Below are positions 33,534-41,664 of a stretch of DNA of 64,000 nt, one piece after another (position 1 is the first letter of the stretch; each line of letters starts with the position of its first letter). The stretch comes from an uncultured Methanosarcinales archaeon. Lineage in GTDB: Archaea; Nanobdellota; Nanobdellia; Woesearchaeales; DSVV01. A program made the position numbers and the translations under genes. The stretch lies in assembly GCA_964452935.1 (NCBI GenBank), contig CAYVNO010000004.1:5519-69518 (forward strand), given 5' to 3'. A model generated the notes under the pieces. The model saw nothing but the letters and a program-made list of their open reading frames with translations. It ran no database searches and was not told the origin of the DNA.

Positions 33534-33568
33534 GAGGCATATTTACTCCTTATTAGTGATTACAAAGC

Positions 33569-33583
33569 GAAAGATTTATATAT
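33569..33583 (+). promoter_or_regulatory. BRE/TATA promoter GAAAGATTTATATAT
   Basis: Exact consensus copy 21 nt upstream of ATG 33604, so the mRNA is likely leaderless or short-leader. Confidence 0.65.
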
Positions 33584-33603
33584 GAGATAGTTAGAAATAT
33601 AGT

Positions 33604-34530
33604 ATGGTTAGGGGTATACAAACTAGGCCAGAGGGAGAAGGAATTGAAGGATTATTAGGTGTTAGAGTAGACAGGCAAGTTATTCCTGATTCTGCATATA
33701 ACTCAGCATGGCTTAATCATGGAGAAGGAGGCATAGTTGACGGAATAGATTATTGTCAATTAGTTGAATTTTACCAGAGTCTTTTAGATCATGTTGATGA
33801 TGGAGTTATGGATGGTGTTTCTTTTCCAGGTAGATTATTAAGAAATTTTGGTGTTGATGATTTTAGACAGATAGAGGAACATCTTATTTCTGTAGGATTA
33901 ATTGAGATTGAAAAAGAAAGAACATCAGAGTATGATGAATTATTATCAATGAAACATGATCTTGGTGTAAGAGTAATGAATAGAGTTGCTAACTATGTGT
34001 GGTCTGATGTCGACGACATTGAACGTGGTGATGATTGTACTTATGGAACTTTATTATCTTTTTACAAATATGTTACTAGACATTCTAAAGAAGGAAATAA
34101 GTTTGTAAAAAGGACAGGAGATGAAATTCTAAGAGGTTTTGGAAGGAAAAGTTTTTATGAAGTGCAAAGTGAATTAAAAAAAGTAGGTTTAATAGATGAG
34201 AATGGAGTTGTTATTGATAGATGCGATTATGATAATCCTTTAGAAGTTAAAACAAAAGACTGTTTAGCTGGTGAAGAGAGAGAAATATTATTAGCAGAAG
34301 AGTTCAAACCAGATAAGTGGTCTATAAATGCAGTAAATAGATACACTGAATTAAGATATGGTAAAGAAAGTTGCAGATATGCTGATGCTCTTGAATTATT
34401 TGAATATTTAGGACAGTATAAGAGGAAAGGCAAAATAAGAAAACCTAGAAAAGAACCCAACTTATTAGGTATTAATGCGCCGATGTATAAAAGACTAGAA
34501 AGACACTTACAAACGGTTGACCTTATCTAA
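33604..34530 (+). CDS. Orphan protein P7 built from three ~55-aa wHTH-like repeats
   Basis: Repeats at aa 48-101, 143-198 and 255-308, each C-x-Y...L..F... (L/I)LRxFG ... xL..VGLI(D/E). Confidence 0.55.
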   Translation: MVRGIQTRPEGEGIEGLLGVRVDRQVIPDSAYNSAWLNHGEGGIVDGIDYCQLVEFYQSLLDHVDDGVMDGVSFPGRLLRNFGVDDFRQIEEHLISVGLIEIEKERTSEYDELLSMKHDLGVRVMNRVANYVWSDVDDIERGDDCTYGTLLSFYKYVTRHSKEGNKFVKRTGDEILRGFGRKSFYEVQSELKKVGLIDENGVVIDRCDYDNPLEVKTKDCLAGEEREILLAEEFKPDKWSINAVNRYTELRYGKESCRYADALELFEYLGQYKRKGKIRKPRKEPNLLGINAPMYKRLERHLQTVDLI

Positions 34531-34625
34531 TTTATACGTAAAACATGCCTTTTTTCCGTTAACTTTATAAAAGCACTAAATTCTTCTAAATGAATATAAA
34601 TGAATTAAAACAAAGGTAAAGAACA

Positions 34626-34919
34626 ATGGCAAAGCGAATCGGCGGGAATAGAAGGAAAACAAGGCAAAAACTAAGGAAGAGAGTTAAAGAAAAGGGTAAA
34701 ATAAGCCTAAATAGGTTCTTACAGAAGCTAAAGGAAGGCGATAGAGTCGTTTTAAAAGCAGAGCCAGCTGTACAGAAGGGAATGTATTTTAGAAGATTTC
34801 ATGGAAGACAAGGAGTTATTAAGAAATCTATAGGAAGATGTTATCATGTTGCAATAAAGGATCAAAATAAGGAAAAGATAGTGTTAGTACATCCTGTGCA
34901 TCTAAAAAAGGTGGAATAA
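34626..34919 (+). CDS. rpl21e: 50S ribosomal protein L21e
   Basis: Basic N-terminus, GDRVVLKAEPAVQKGMYFRRFHGRQGVI, and the conserved L21e-RpoF-DUF655 gene order. Confidence 0.9.
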   Translation: MAKRIGGNRRKTRQKLRKRVKEKGKISLNRFLQKLKEGDRVVLKAEPAVQKGMYFRRFHGRQGVIKKSIGRCYHVAIKDQNKEKIVLVHPVHLKKVE

Positions 34920-35282
34920 ATGCCAAAAATAGAAGTATTATCAGAAGAGCCGTTATCAATGGCTGAGATGAAGGATGAGTTAGGAAAGATCAAAAAAAGG
35001 GATGAAGAGCTTAATTTCAGGTCTGAAAAGACACATGAACATCTAAAAGAGTTTATCAAGTTGAAAGCTAAGGATTTTAAGGAGTTAAAGGGTAAACTAG
35101 AGAAATTAGATATTCCAAGAGTAAAAACCAATCATATTAACAAGTTAATAGATACTCTTCCTAGAACTGTAGAAGAGCTGAAAGTTATAATGAGTGGGTA
35201 TACTTTAACAATAAGTGCAGATAATATGAAGAAGATTGTTGGAGTTACTTCTGAGTATGTTAAGGAAGATAAGAAGAAATAG
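34920..35282 (+). CDS. rpoF: DNA-directed RNA polymerase subunit Rpo4/RpoF
   Basis: 120 aa starting 1 nt after the L21e stop. The KLIDTLPRTVEELKVI pattern and synteny are typical of archaeal RpoF. Confidence 0.7.
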   Translation: MPKIEVLSEEPLSMAEMKDELGKIKKRDEELNFRSEKTHEHLKEFIKLKAKDFKELKGKLEKLDIPRVKTNHINKLIDTLPRTVEELKVIMSGYTLTISADNMKKIVGVTSEYVKEDKKK

Positions 35283-35290
35283 TTCTTGTG

Positions 35291-35305
35291 GAAAGATTTA
35301 TATAT
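35291..35305 (+). promoter_or_regulatory. BRE/TATA promoter GAAAGATTTATATAT
   Basis: Exact consensus copy upstream of the DUF655 gene, with AAGGGGAT Shine-Dalgarno at 35333-35340. Confidence 0.6.
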
Positions 35306-35346
35306 TAGTAAGTAGTAGAAATATCTATAATTAAGGGGATGGCATC

Positions 35347-35910
35347 ATGGAACAGATTAAGAATGTTAGAGAAGAATACGCAGTAGTCTTAGATTTCTTG
35401 CCGAATGGATACCCTTTTGATACAAGACCAATTCATAGAAAAACAGCAATTGCTCAAGCTGTTGGTAAAGATCATTTTTCTTTGTTAGAGTTAGTTCCAA
35501 AAAAAGGTGTTTTTTTACAGCCTTATCAAGAGATTTACATTGGAGAAGGTAAAAGGGAAGAGATACACCATATTATTGGGAAATTACCTTTAGACAGACT
35601 TACTGGGACAGCAAAGAAAGAGTTAAGTTTTGTGGTTAAAGATGTTGTTAAGAAGAATCAAGATAAGTTTATTGAGTTCTTCAATAAGTCTCAACCGTTA
35701 AGTACAAGAATGCATCAGTTAGAGTTATTGCCAGGGTTAGGTAAGAAACATATGTGGCAAATACTTGAAGAAAGAAAAGGAGATCCTTTTAAGTCATTCG
35801 AAGATTTAAAGAAAAGGGTAAAATTATTGCCAGATCCTGAGAAAGCTATTGTTAAAAGAGTTCTTAAAGAGTTAGATGGTAAAGAAAAATATAGTTTGTT
35901 TACTGAATAA
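35347..35910 (+). CDS. DUF655-family OB/HhH RNA-binding protein
   Basis: YAVVLDFLPNGYP N-terminus and C-terminal HhH (LELLPGLGKKHMWQILEER). Conserved position after rpoF. Confidence 0.8.
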   Translation: MEQIKNVREEYAVVLDFLPNGYPFDTRPIHRKTAIAQAVGKDHFSLLELVPKKGVFLQPYQEIYIGEGKREEIHHIIGKLPLDRLTGTAKKELSFVVKDVVKKNQDKFIEFFNKSQPLSTRMHQLELLPGLGKKHMWQILEERKGDPFKSFEDLKKRVKLLPDPEKAIVKRVLKELDGKEKYSLFTE

Positions 35911-35911
35911 A

Positions 35912-36445
35912 TTAACAACATTTACAGTGAAATGTACAACATTCTTCAGATTCTGGAGCAGCAGCACAGAGATCAAAATCTTCTATATCTTGGCATTCTG
36001 TGAAAGTTACGTTGCAGTCAGGGCAAGAGGTTAATGTTATTTCTCCTTCACTTTTTTCTATTTGTATTTCATGTCCTACTGGTTCTGAGTTGTTTATGCA
36101 GAATTCTCCAACAACATAGTCTGAAAATAGTTTTACATGTTCTATATTATCTATAGTTAATACAAGATTAATATATGTAGAGAAGTTTAGGAGATAGTTC
36201 ATTCCTGTGATACTTAATGGTAATGAGATAACTTTTTTGTATCCTTCTTCTGATGTGTAAGCCAAAGTTACTTCATCGGAAACATAGTTTAAGGCACTTT
36301 GTATCACACTATTGTCTGTCTCTTTTTTTACATCTGAGTATTGATTTCCAAAAAAACCAAACATCATAATAAATATGAAGATCATGAAAGATATTAGTAC
36401 AATAAATTCTGTTGAAGCTTGTGCTTTTATTGTTTTTCTATTAAT
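35912..36445 (-). CDS. Archaeal pilin-like protein; the class III signal peptide lies upstream of the first ATG
   Basis: The in-frame upstream sequence reads (I)NRKTIKAQASTEFIVLISF-MIFIFIMMFG, paralleling MRKSQSSTEVLAII of the neighbouring gene. No ATG/GTG/TTG is available. ATT at 36443-36445 sits 9 nt after AGGAGG. Confidence 0.5.
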   Translation of the reverse strand: MNRKTIKAQASTEFIVLISFMIFIFIMMFGFFGNQYSDVKKETDNSVIQSALNYVSDEVTLAYTSEEGYKKVISLPLSITGMNYLLNFSTYINLVLTIDNIEHVKLFSDYVVGEFCINNSEPVGHEIQIEKSEGEITLTSCPDCNVTFTECQDIEDFDLCAAAPESEECCTFHCKCC

Positions 36446-36852
36446 ACGACATCTCCTCCTTCCATTACCTCAAATTTAAAGAATTTTGTGCCTTTATTGA
36501 AATCTTCTTCTGTAAATGTTGCGTTTAGAGCAACTTCTGAATAAAATAATAGGTCACTCATTCCCCCCTTTCCTTCGATTTGAAAGATGATATAATTGTT
36601 ATTTTCAATATATGTGTTATTAATACTTGGGGGGAAATCAAATTTTGCAACTATTCTTGCTCCTTCTCCGTATGGATATATTGATTGTGCGTTTTCTATC
36701 ATTGCATTCCCTATTGAGTCTACTCTTGAATTTACAACTTCAAATGTCGACTCTTGTATAAAATTTGTAAACAAGACTAATGCAGGGAATAGTAGTAACA
36801 TTGAGATGGCAATAATTGCTAAGACTTCTGTTGAGGATTGTGATTTTCTCAT
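36427..36852 (-). CDS. Archaeal pilin-like protein (class III signal peptide)
   Basis: MRKSQSSTEVLAIIAISMLLLFPALVLF N-terminus; 4-nt overlap with the adhesin gene. Confidence 0.65.
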   Translation of the reverse strand: MRKSQSSTEVLAIIAISMLLLFPALVLFTNFIQESTFEVVNSRVDSIGNAMIENAQSIYPYGEGARIVAKFDFPPSINNTYIENNNYIIFQIEGKGGMSDLLFYSEVALNATFTEEDFNKGTKFFKFEVMEGGDVVLIEKQ

Positions 36853-39059
36853 TTTAGGTATTCATCTAGTACATCTTCTAGCCATCCTGCTTTTAGTAGT
36901 TTTTGTTTTATTTTTTCACTATCTAATCCTTTGGTTTTATTTTGTTTGATATAGTCCTCAAGTTCTTTGTGATCATAGCTAGGTTTTGGAACTGTTAAGA
37001 ATAGTCGTGTTTTTTCCTTTTCTTCTTCTACCTCTCCTTTGAGTTCCCGTATACTTTTTTCAATGTTTTTCTTTTTTCTTAATTTTTTTGTTATGTTTAT
37101 ACCTACTACCACTATTATTAGTAAGACTACTGCAAGCCCTATCAATGTTAGTATTTTCTTTTTCTTTGTATCTGTTTCTGTTGTTATTTTTACAACTTCT
37201 TCTGGCTCTTCTTCTGGTTCTACTTCTACTGGAGCTTCATAGCTAACATTTGTTTCTACTACTACACTTTCTTCTGTATATTCTACAGGAGCTTCTGTTT
37301 CAATTACTTCTACTGTTTCTGGAGCATCTACTGCTAACTCTTTTTCTATTGAATAAGTATATTCTTCTGCATTTGATAAATAATATAGTTGCATGTCAAA
37401 TGAACTTTCACCTTCTTGAACAAAGACAGAGTCAACTGTGAAATTAAAATATATAGAAGATGTATTTATTAGTTGGTCTAGCTCTCTTTGCGTAACATAC
37501 CATGCGTAGGTAAATCCTGTATCTGTAGAGAAGACAACACTTACGTCTGAAATGTCAGTCTGGTTTGTTAAAGACATTGTTGCTTTCATAAGGGCACTAT
37601 CCTCAATTGTGTCTATCTGTTCAAGATCTATTGATACATATTGATAGACTAAGTTTGCTGCAATTGATATTGTTTCTGTTATTCCGAAAGTTAGTGCTTC
37701 ACCGTATTCTGTTTCATATTCTGCTGTGAAGTTAACTAGGTAAGATTGTGTTGTGTCTGAGTAAGGGGCTGTGAGTTCTACTGTTTTTATTAATGCATTT
37801 ATTCCTTTTCCTATGAATGTTCTGTATTGTAAATCTTCAAATAGTTCGGATTTCATATCCATTTGAACGTCTGAGTAATCCATTGTACCGTCTGGGTTAT
37901 TAACATGGAATGAGATGCTAAATTCTTCTCCTCCCTCTATACTTTCTTTGTTCACAACTATGGTTGGTTCAAGTTCACTCATTTCTATTGAAATTGATTC
38001 TGTCTCTTCTTTTGTGTAATCGTTGCCTTCGTATGTATATGTTATGTAAACTTTCAGTTCGTTTGTTCCAGAGCTAAAAAGATTAGTTTTAAGGGTGTAT
38101 GTTTCTGTTTCTGAAGGAGCGTATTCTCCGGACCATGTGTAGATACCACTTTCTTCTGTAAATCCTGATGGCCCACGAGTAACTTCAGAACCTGTTGGAG
38201 GAGTTACTTCAACATTGAATGATATTTCTTCTGTTTCCATTGTGTTATTTAGGGTGAATGTGAAAGTAACTTCATCCTCTATTTCTGCTTCCTCGACATC
38301 TGCAGAGATTTTAAGGACAATTGGCTCTACTAGTTCTAAGTCTATCTCATCTACAGTAATGTTATAATCTTCACCTTCAAATGTGTATATAACTTCTGCT
38401 TCTGTTAGGTTGAATGTTGAAGGAGGGTATGATTCTAATATTAAGGTATATGTTAGTGTTGCTGATTCTGTAGGATAGATGCTTCCTTTCCAGTGTGCAG
38501 TTGTAGAGTCATCAATTGGATCTGTCCATTGTTGTGTAGATGTTCCTTCTGTTACTCTTAAGTATCCATCTTTTACTAAGTAATATGGGAGTGGGTCAGT
38601 ATATTCAGCAACAACATTATCATCCCCTGTATTTTCTATATCTACTGTTACAACAATTTCTTGCCCTAATGCAACTTCTTCTTCGCTTACAGACCTATCA
38701 ATGTCAACATCAGGTTCTCTTTTGTCTACCTCAATCCTGAACTGATATTCTTCTTCTTTTCCACTTACTACCTGATCTGTGTCGTTAAGATTATCATCAT
38801 CTCCAAATCTTTTTTCTTCATATCTAAATGTGTATAATCCATTTATAGTAGAATCTCCCAAATTAATTGTAACTGTGCCATACTCGTTTGATTTCATTAA
38901 AACTGTGTTTAAAATATCTCCCACACCAAAAGCAGTATATTCTGTTCCATCTATTGTTACTGTTTCTCCGTAAGATATCCAGTCATCGAATATTTCGGTA
39001 TCTGCATATACAAATGGAAGGAATAGAAGGATGGGTATTATTAAACATAATTTTTTCAT
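36849..39059 (-). CDS. Large acidic secreted surface protein (Ig/CARDB-like repeats), C-terminal TM anchor and short cytoplasmic domain
   Basis: N-terminal signal peptide MKKLCLIIPILLFLPFVYA, about 600 aa of Thr/Glu/Asp/Val-rich beta-type sequence, the TM helix ILTLIGLAVVLLIIVVVGI, and a tail ending GLDSEKIKQKLLKAGWLEDVLDEYLK. Confidence 0.7.
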   Translation of the reverse strand: MKKLCLIIPILLFLPFVYADTEIFDDWISYGETVTIDGTEYTAFGVGDILNTVLMKSNEYGTVTINLGDSTINGLYTFRYEEKRFGDDDNLNDTDQVVSGKEEEYQFRIEVDKREPDVDIDRSVSEEEVALGQEIVVTVDIENTGDDNVVAEYTDPLPYYLVKDGYLRVTEGTSTQQWTDPIDDSTTAHWKGSIYPTESATLTYTLILESYPPSTFNLTEAEVIYTFEGEDYNITVDEIDLELVEPIVLKISADVEEAEIEDEVTFTFTLNNTMETEEISFNVEVTPPTGSEVTRGPSGFTEESGIYTWSGEYAPSETETYTLKTNLFSSGTNELKVYITYTYEGNDYTKEETESISIEMSELEPTIVVNKESIEGGEEFSISFHVNNPDGTMDYSDVQMDMKSELFEDLQYRTFIGKGINALIKTVELTAPYSDTTQSYLVNFTAEYETEYGEALTFGITETISIAANLVYQYVSIDLEQIDTIEDSALMKATMSLTNQTDISDVSVVFSTDTGFTYAWYVTQRELDQLINTSSIYFNFTVDSVFVQEGESSFDMQLYYLSNAEEYTYSIEKELAVDAPETVEVIETEAPVEYTEESVVVETNVSYEAPVEVEPEEEPEEVVKITTETDTKKKKILTLIGLAVVLLIIVVVGINITKKLRKKKNIEKSIRELKGEVEEEKEKTRLFLTVPKPSYDHKELEDYIKQNKTKGLDSEKIKQKLLKAGWLEDVLDEYLK

Positions 39060-39132
39060 TAATGCACCTCTTTTTAGATGAATGGGGAAGAACTCTATAT
39101 ATAATTTATGGTTTTTAATGAGGCAAACTGTA

Positions 39133-39250
39133 TGACAATATTGCGCTCCGTTCTAGTGTGTAATATGCCTTATTAGTAACTTTTAGCTTATTTTATATAA
39201 AAATTACTGACTACGCTTGGCAATATTGTCAATAAAGTTGATAATACTTG
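39133..39250. ncRNA. Structured repeat element, copy C3
   Basis: Perfect 12-bp closing helix TGACAATATTGC (39133-39144) / GCAATATTGTCA (39220-39231). Blocks are TGCGCTCCGT, TTAGTAACTTTTAGC and GACTACGCTTGG, with tail AATAAAGTTGATAATAC followed by TTTTT (39251-39255). Confidence 0.55.
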
Positions 39251-39294
39251 TTTTTATGGAAAACATTATATATTAAATACTGTTAGAAAGAGAC

Positions 39295-40980
39295 ATGGAT
39301 GATTTAAAGCCGTTAATACGTAAGTATGCTCTTAAGAATGCTATTAATTTCAATGGGAAAGCGGTAGCAGGGAATATCTTGGGTAAGGTGCTTAGTGAGA
39401 ATACGGAGTTAAAGTCAGATATTAATAATGTTAGGAAGATTGTTATTGAAATAGTTGAAGATGTTAATTCTATGGGTGTGGAGAAACAGAAAAGTGAGTT
39501 AGAAAGATGTGCTCCAGAATTATTGGAAAAGAAAAAAGGGGAAAAGAGAGAGGGTTTGAAAGAGTTGCAAGGGGTTAGTGGTAAAGTAGTTATGAGAATG
39601 GCCCCTTCTCCATCAGGACCTTTACATATAGGACACTCTTATGTTACCTCGTTGAATTATGAATATGTAAAAAAATATGGGGGAACATTTATTTTAAGAA
39701 TAGAGGATACAAATCCTTCAAATATTTATCCAGCGGCGTATGATTTAATTCCGGATAATGCAAAATGGTTGACAGGCGATGGTGTTGATTTAGTTGTTAT
39801 ACAATCAGATAGAATGAATATTTATTATGATTATGCTTTGAGGTTGATAGAAGAAGGGTTTGCTTATGTTTGTAAATGCTCTCAGGATGATTTTAAATCG
39901 TGTTCTGGTGAGAAGGTTAATTGTCCTTGTAGGAATCTTGATAATCATGCAAACAGATGGCATAAGATGTTTACAGAGTATAGTGAGGGAGAGGCTGTTG
40001 TTCGGTTTAAAACTGATATGCAACACAAGAATCCTGCGATGAGGGATTTTCCTTTATTTAGGATTAATGACGACGAGCATCCTAGAGTTGGGAAAAAATA
40101 TAGAGTATGGCCGTTAATGAATATGTCTGTTGCAATTGATGATTTAGATTTAGGAGTTACACATACATTAAGAGGGAAGGATCATGCTGATAATGCAAAA
40201 AGGCAGGAGTTTATTCATAATGCGTTAGGTCATAAGACACCTGTACCTATATCTGTTGGCCGTATTAACTTTACTGGTGGATTGAAAGTTTCATGTTCAA
40301 AAATAAAGCCGTTGATTGATTCTGGTTTTTATACTGGATGGGACGATATAAGATTGCCATTCTTAGTTGCGTTAAGAAGGAGAGGTTATCAGCCAGGGGC
40401 TTTTCGGAAGTATGCTGTCTCTGTTGGTGTTACTAAAAATGATAAAACTGTTACAATGGATGATTTTTTTAAGACAATAAATGCTTTTAATAAAGAGATT
40501 ATAGATGCAAAGGCTTCGAGGTTTTTCTTTGTAGAAGATCCTGTTGAGGTTGTTATTGATGGTGCTCCTGAAAAACATATTGAGTTAGATTTGCATCCTG
40601 AGAAGAAAAATGGAGGAAGGATGTTTACTACAAATGATAAGTTTTATTTGTGTAGTAAAGATGTTGAATTAATTGAAGAAGGTGGAGTTTATAGATTAAT
40701 GGATTGTTTGAATTTTATTAAGAGAGGGGGAACTTATGTTTATAATAAAGCAGGATATGAGTTATATAAGAAAGAAGGGAAAGGGATATTCCATTGGTTG
40801 TCAGGAGGTAAGGTTGATGTTGAGGTCTTAATGCCTGATAACACTGTTAGAAAAGGGTATGGAGAGGAAACAATGGATTTATTAGAAGTCGGAGATGTTG
40901 TTCAGTTAGAACGGTTTGGTTTCTGTAGATTAGATAGAAAAGATGGAAAAAAATTATATTTTTGGTTTGCGCATACTTAA
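39295..40980 (+). CDS. gltX: Glutamyl-tRNA synthetase, archaeal/eukaryal GlxRS type
   Basis: PSGPLHIGHS (HIGH) motif, RIEDTNP and a KMSKS-like VSCSKIK; 561 aa. Confidence 0.9.
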   Translation: MDDLKPLIRKYALKNAINFNGKAVAGNILGKVLSENTELKSDINNVRKIVIEIVEDVNSMGVEKQKSELERCAPELLEKKKGEKREGLKELQGVSGKVVMRMAPSPSGPLHIGHSYVTSLNYEYVKKYGGTFILRIEDTNPSNIYPAAYDLIPDNAKWLTGDGVDLVVIQSDRMNIYYDYALRLIEEGFAYVCKCSQDDFKSCSGEKVNCPCRNLDNHANRWHKMFTEYSEGEAVVRFKTDMQHKNPAMRDFPLFRINDDEHPRVGKKYRVWPLMNMSVAIDDLDLGVTHTLRGKDHADNAKRQEFIHNALGHKTPVPISVGRINFTGGLKVSCSKIKPLIDSGFYTGWDDIRLPFLVALRRRGYQPGAFRKYAVSVGVTKNDKTVTMDDFFKTINAFNKEIIDAKASRFFFVEDPVEVVIDGAPEKHIELDLHPEKKNGGRMFTTNDKFYLCSKDVELIEEGGVYRLMDCLNFIKRGGTYVYNKAGYELYKKEGKGIFHWLSGGKVDVEVLMPDNTVRKGYGEETMDLLEVGDVVQLERFGFCRLDRKDGKKLYFWFAHT

Positions 40981-41018
40981 AGATCTTTAGCCATAAAAAA
41001 AGTGAATTTTTTGGTCGC

Positions 41019-41039
41019 CAAAAGATTATAAATCTTTTG
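41019..41039. terminator. 9-bp hairpin between convergent gltX and the small histone-fold-like gene
   Basis: CAAAAGATT-ata-AATCTTTTG; overlaps the stop codon at 41026-41028. Confidence 0.4.
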
Positions 41040-41187
41040 CCATGACTGTTTTTCTGCTATTTGCCTCTGCTCTTGCACATGCGTCTTTAACTAATTGTTC
41101 TACTTTTTTATTTAGAGCCTCAGCAACATCTCCTGCGACATTATAACCTTTTGCAACATCTTTTATTTTAGCTTTTACTATTAACAT
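41026..41187 (-). CDS. Small histone-fold-like protein (DUF1931-like), 53 aa; absent from the ORF track
   Basis: MLIVKAKIKDVAKGYNVAGDVAEALNKKVEQLVKDACARAEANSRKTVMAKDL, with GGTGA 5-6 nt upstream. The pattern resembles DUF1931 proteins (recalled from memory). Confidence 0.6.
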   Translation of the reverse strand: MLIVKAKIKDVAKGYNVAGDVAEALNKKVEQLVKDACARAEANSRKTVMAKDL

Positions 41188-41233
41188 ATTCAATCACCTC
41201 AGAATTTTATTAAAAACAAGTTATATAAAAAGT

Positions 41234-41662
41234 TTATGGAGAATATAATGTTTTTAGAGCGACGATCTTATCTCTTAATTTAATACCTGCTTTTCTTAGT
41301 TTTAGAAGTTGCTCTTTGTTTTTTGGATCTTTTGATAGGTCTGTACACTTTCTGTGGACTTTTTCTAGCTTTTTTTCTAGTTGCATTACTTGATAATAAT
41401 ATTCTGCCTCTTTTTTGCTGTATTTTGGTTTCTTTTTTTCCAGATAGGTTATTTTTGTTTTTAGTTTTCCCATCTGCATTGCATTTCTTTGTATTTTCTT
41501 TAGAATATTCTTTTCAATATCTAAAACATTATTTAATTGTTCTTCTAGAAGGAAATATTTTGAGTCTTTTTTTTCTTGTTCTTGTTCTTCTAAGATATTT
41601 TTGTGGGTTGTTGGACTAAGAGTACATAAAGTTCTTATGTAAATGTATGAATTAACTTCCAT
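41234..41662 (-). CDS. Lys/Glu-rich coiled-coil protein
   Basis: 142 aa, heptad-rich; immediately downstream of 41665..42405. Confidence 0.45.
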   Translation of the reverse strand: MEVNSYIYIRTLCTLSPTTHKNILEEQEQEKKDSKYFLLEEQLNNVLDIEKNILKKIQRNAMQMGKLKTKITYLEKKKPKYSKKEAEYYYQVMQLEKKLEKVHRKCTDLSKDPKNKEQLLKLRKAGIKLRDKIVALKTLYSP

Positions 41663-41664
41663 TT

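Noticed and set aside
32340-33535. Assignment of the GC-enriched Fic flanks to RNase P RNA or SRP RNA (strings such as ACAGAAA, CAGAACCC, AGTCC, GGGAGGC)
   Set aside because: Only short isolated strings match and the order is not that of P4/CR-I to CR-V or of helix 8. ACAGAAATA is simply duplicated in the two Fic hairpin loops. This cannot be supported without a covariance-model search.
30365-34530. Classical integron (cassette array with attC sites)
   Set aside because: There is no IntI-like integrase, ORFs lie in both orientations, and the junction motif is only 9-11 nt rather than a 60-120-nt attC hairpin with a GTTRRRY core. Only the looser cassette-like junction observation is retained.
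7812-34530. Recent horizontal transfer as the explanation for the Lys-poor ORF islands
   Set aside because: Their codon choice (AGA/AGG Arg, GAT Asp, TTA/TTG Leu, third-position A/T) looks the same as in the surrounding genes. The slightly higher GC follows from amino-acid composition. Ancient acquisition or native origin cannot be distinguished from sequence alone.
39133-39231. Interpretation of the repeat elements as MITEs with terminal inverted repeats
   Set aside because: The arms differ between copies but co-vary to keep pairing, whereas transposase-recognised TIRs should be conserved in sequence. No consistent target-site duplication and no transposase are present in the window. The idea is kept only as an alternative inside the findings.
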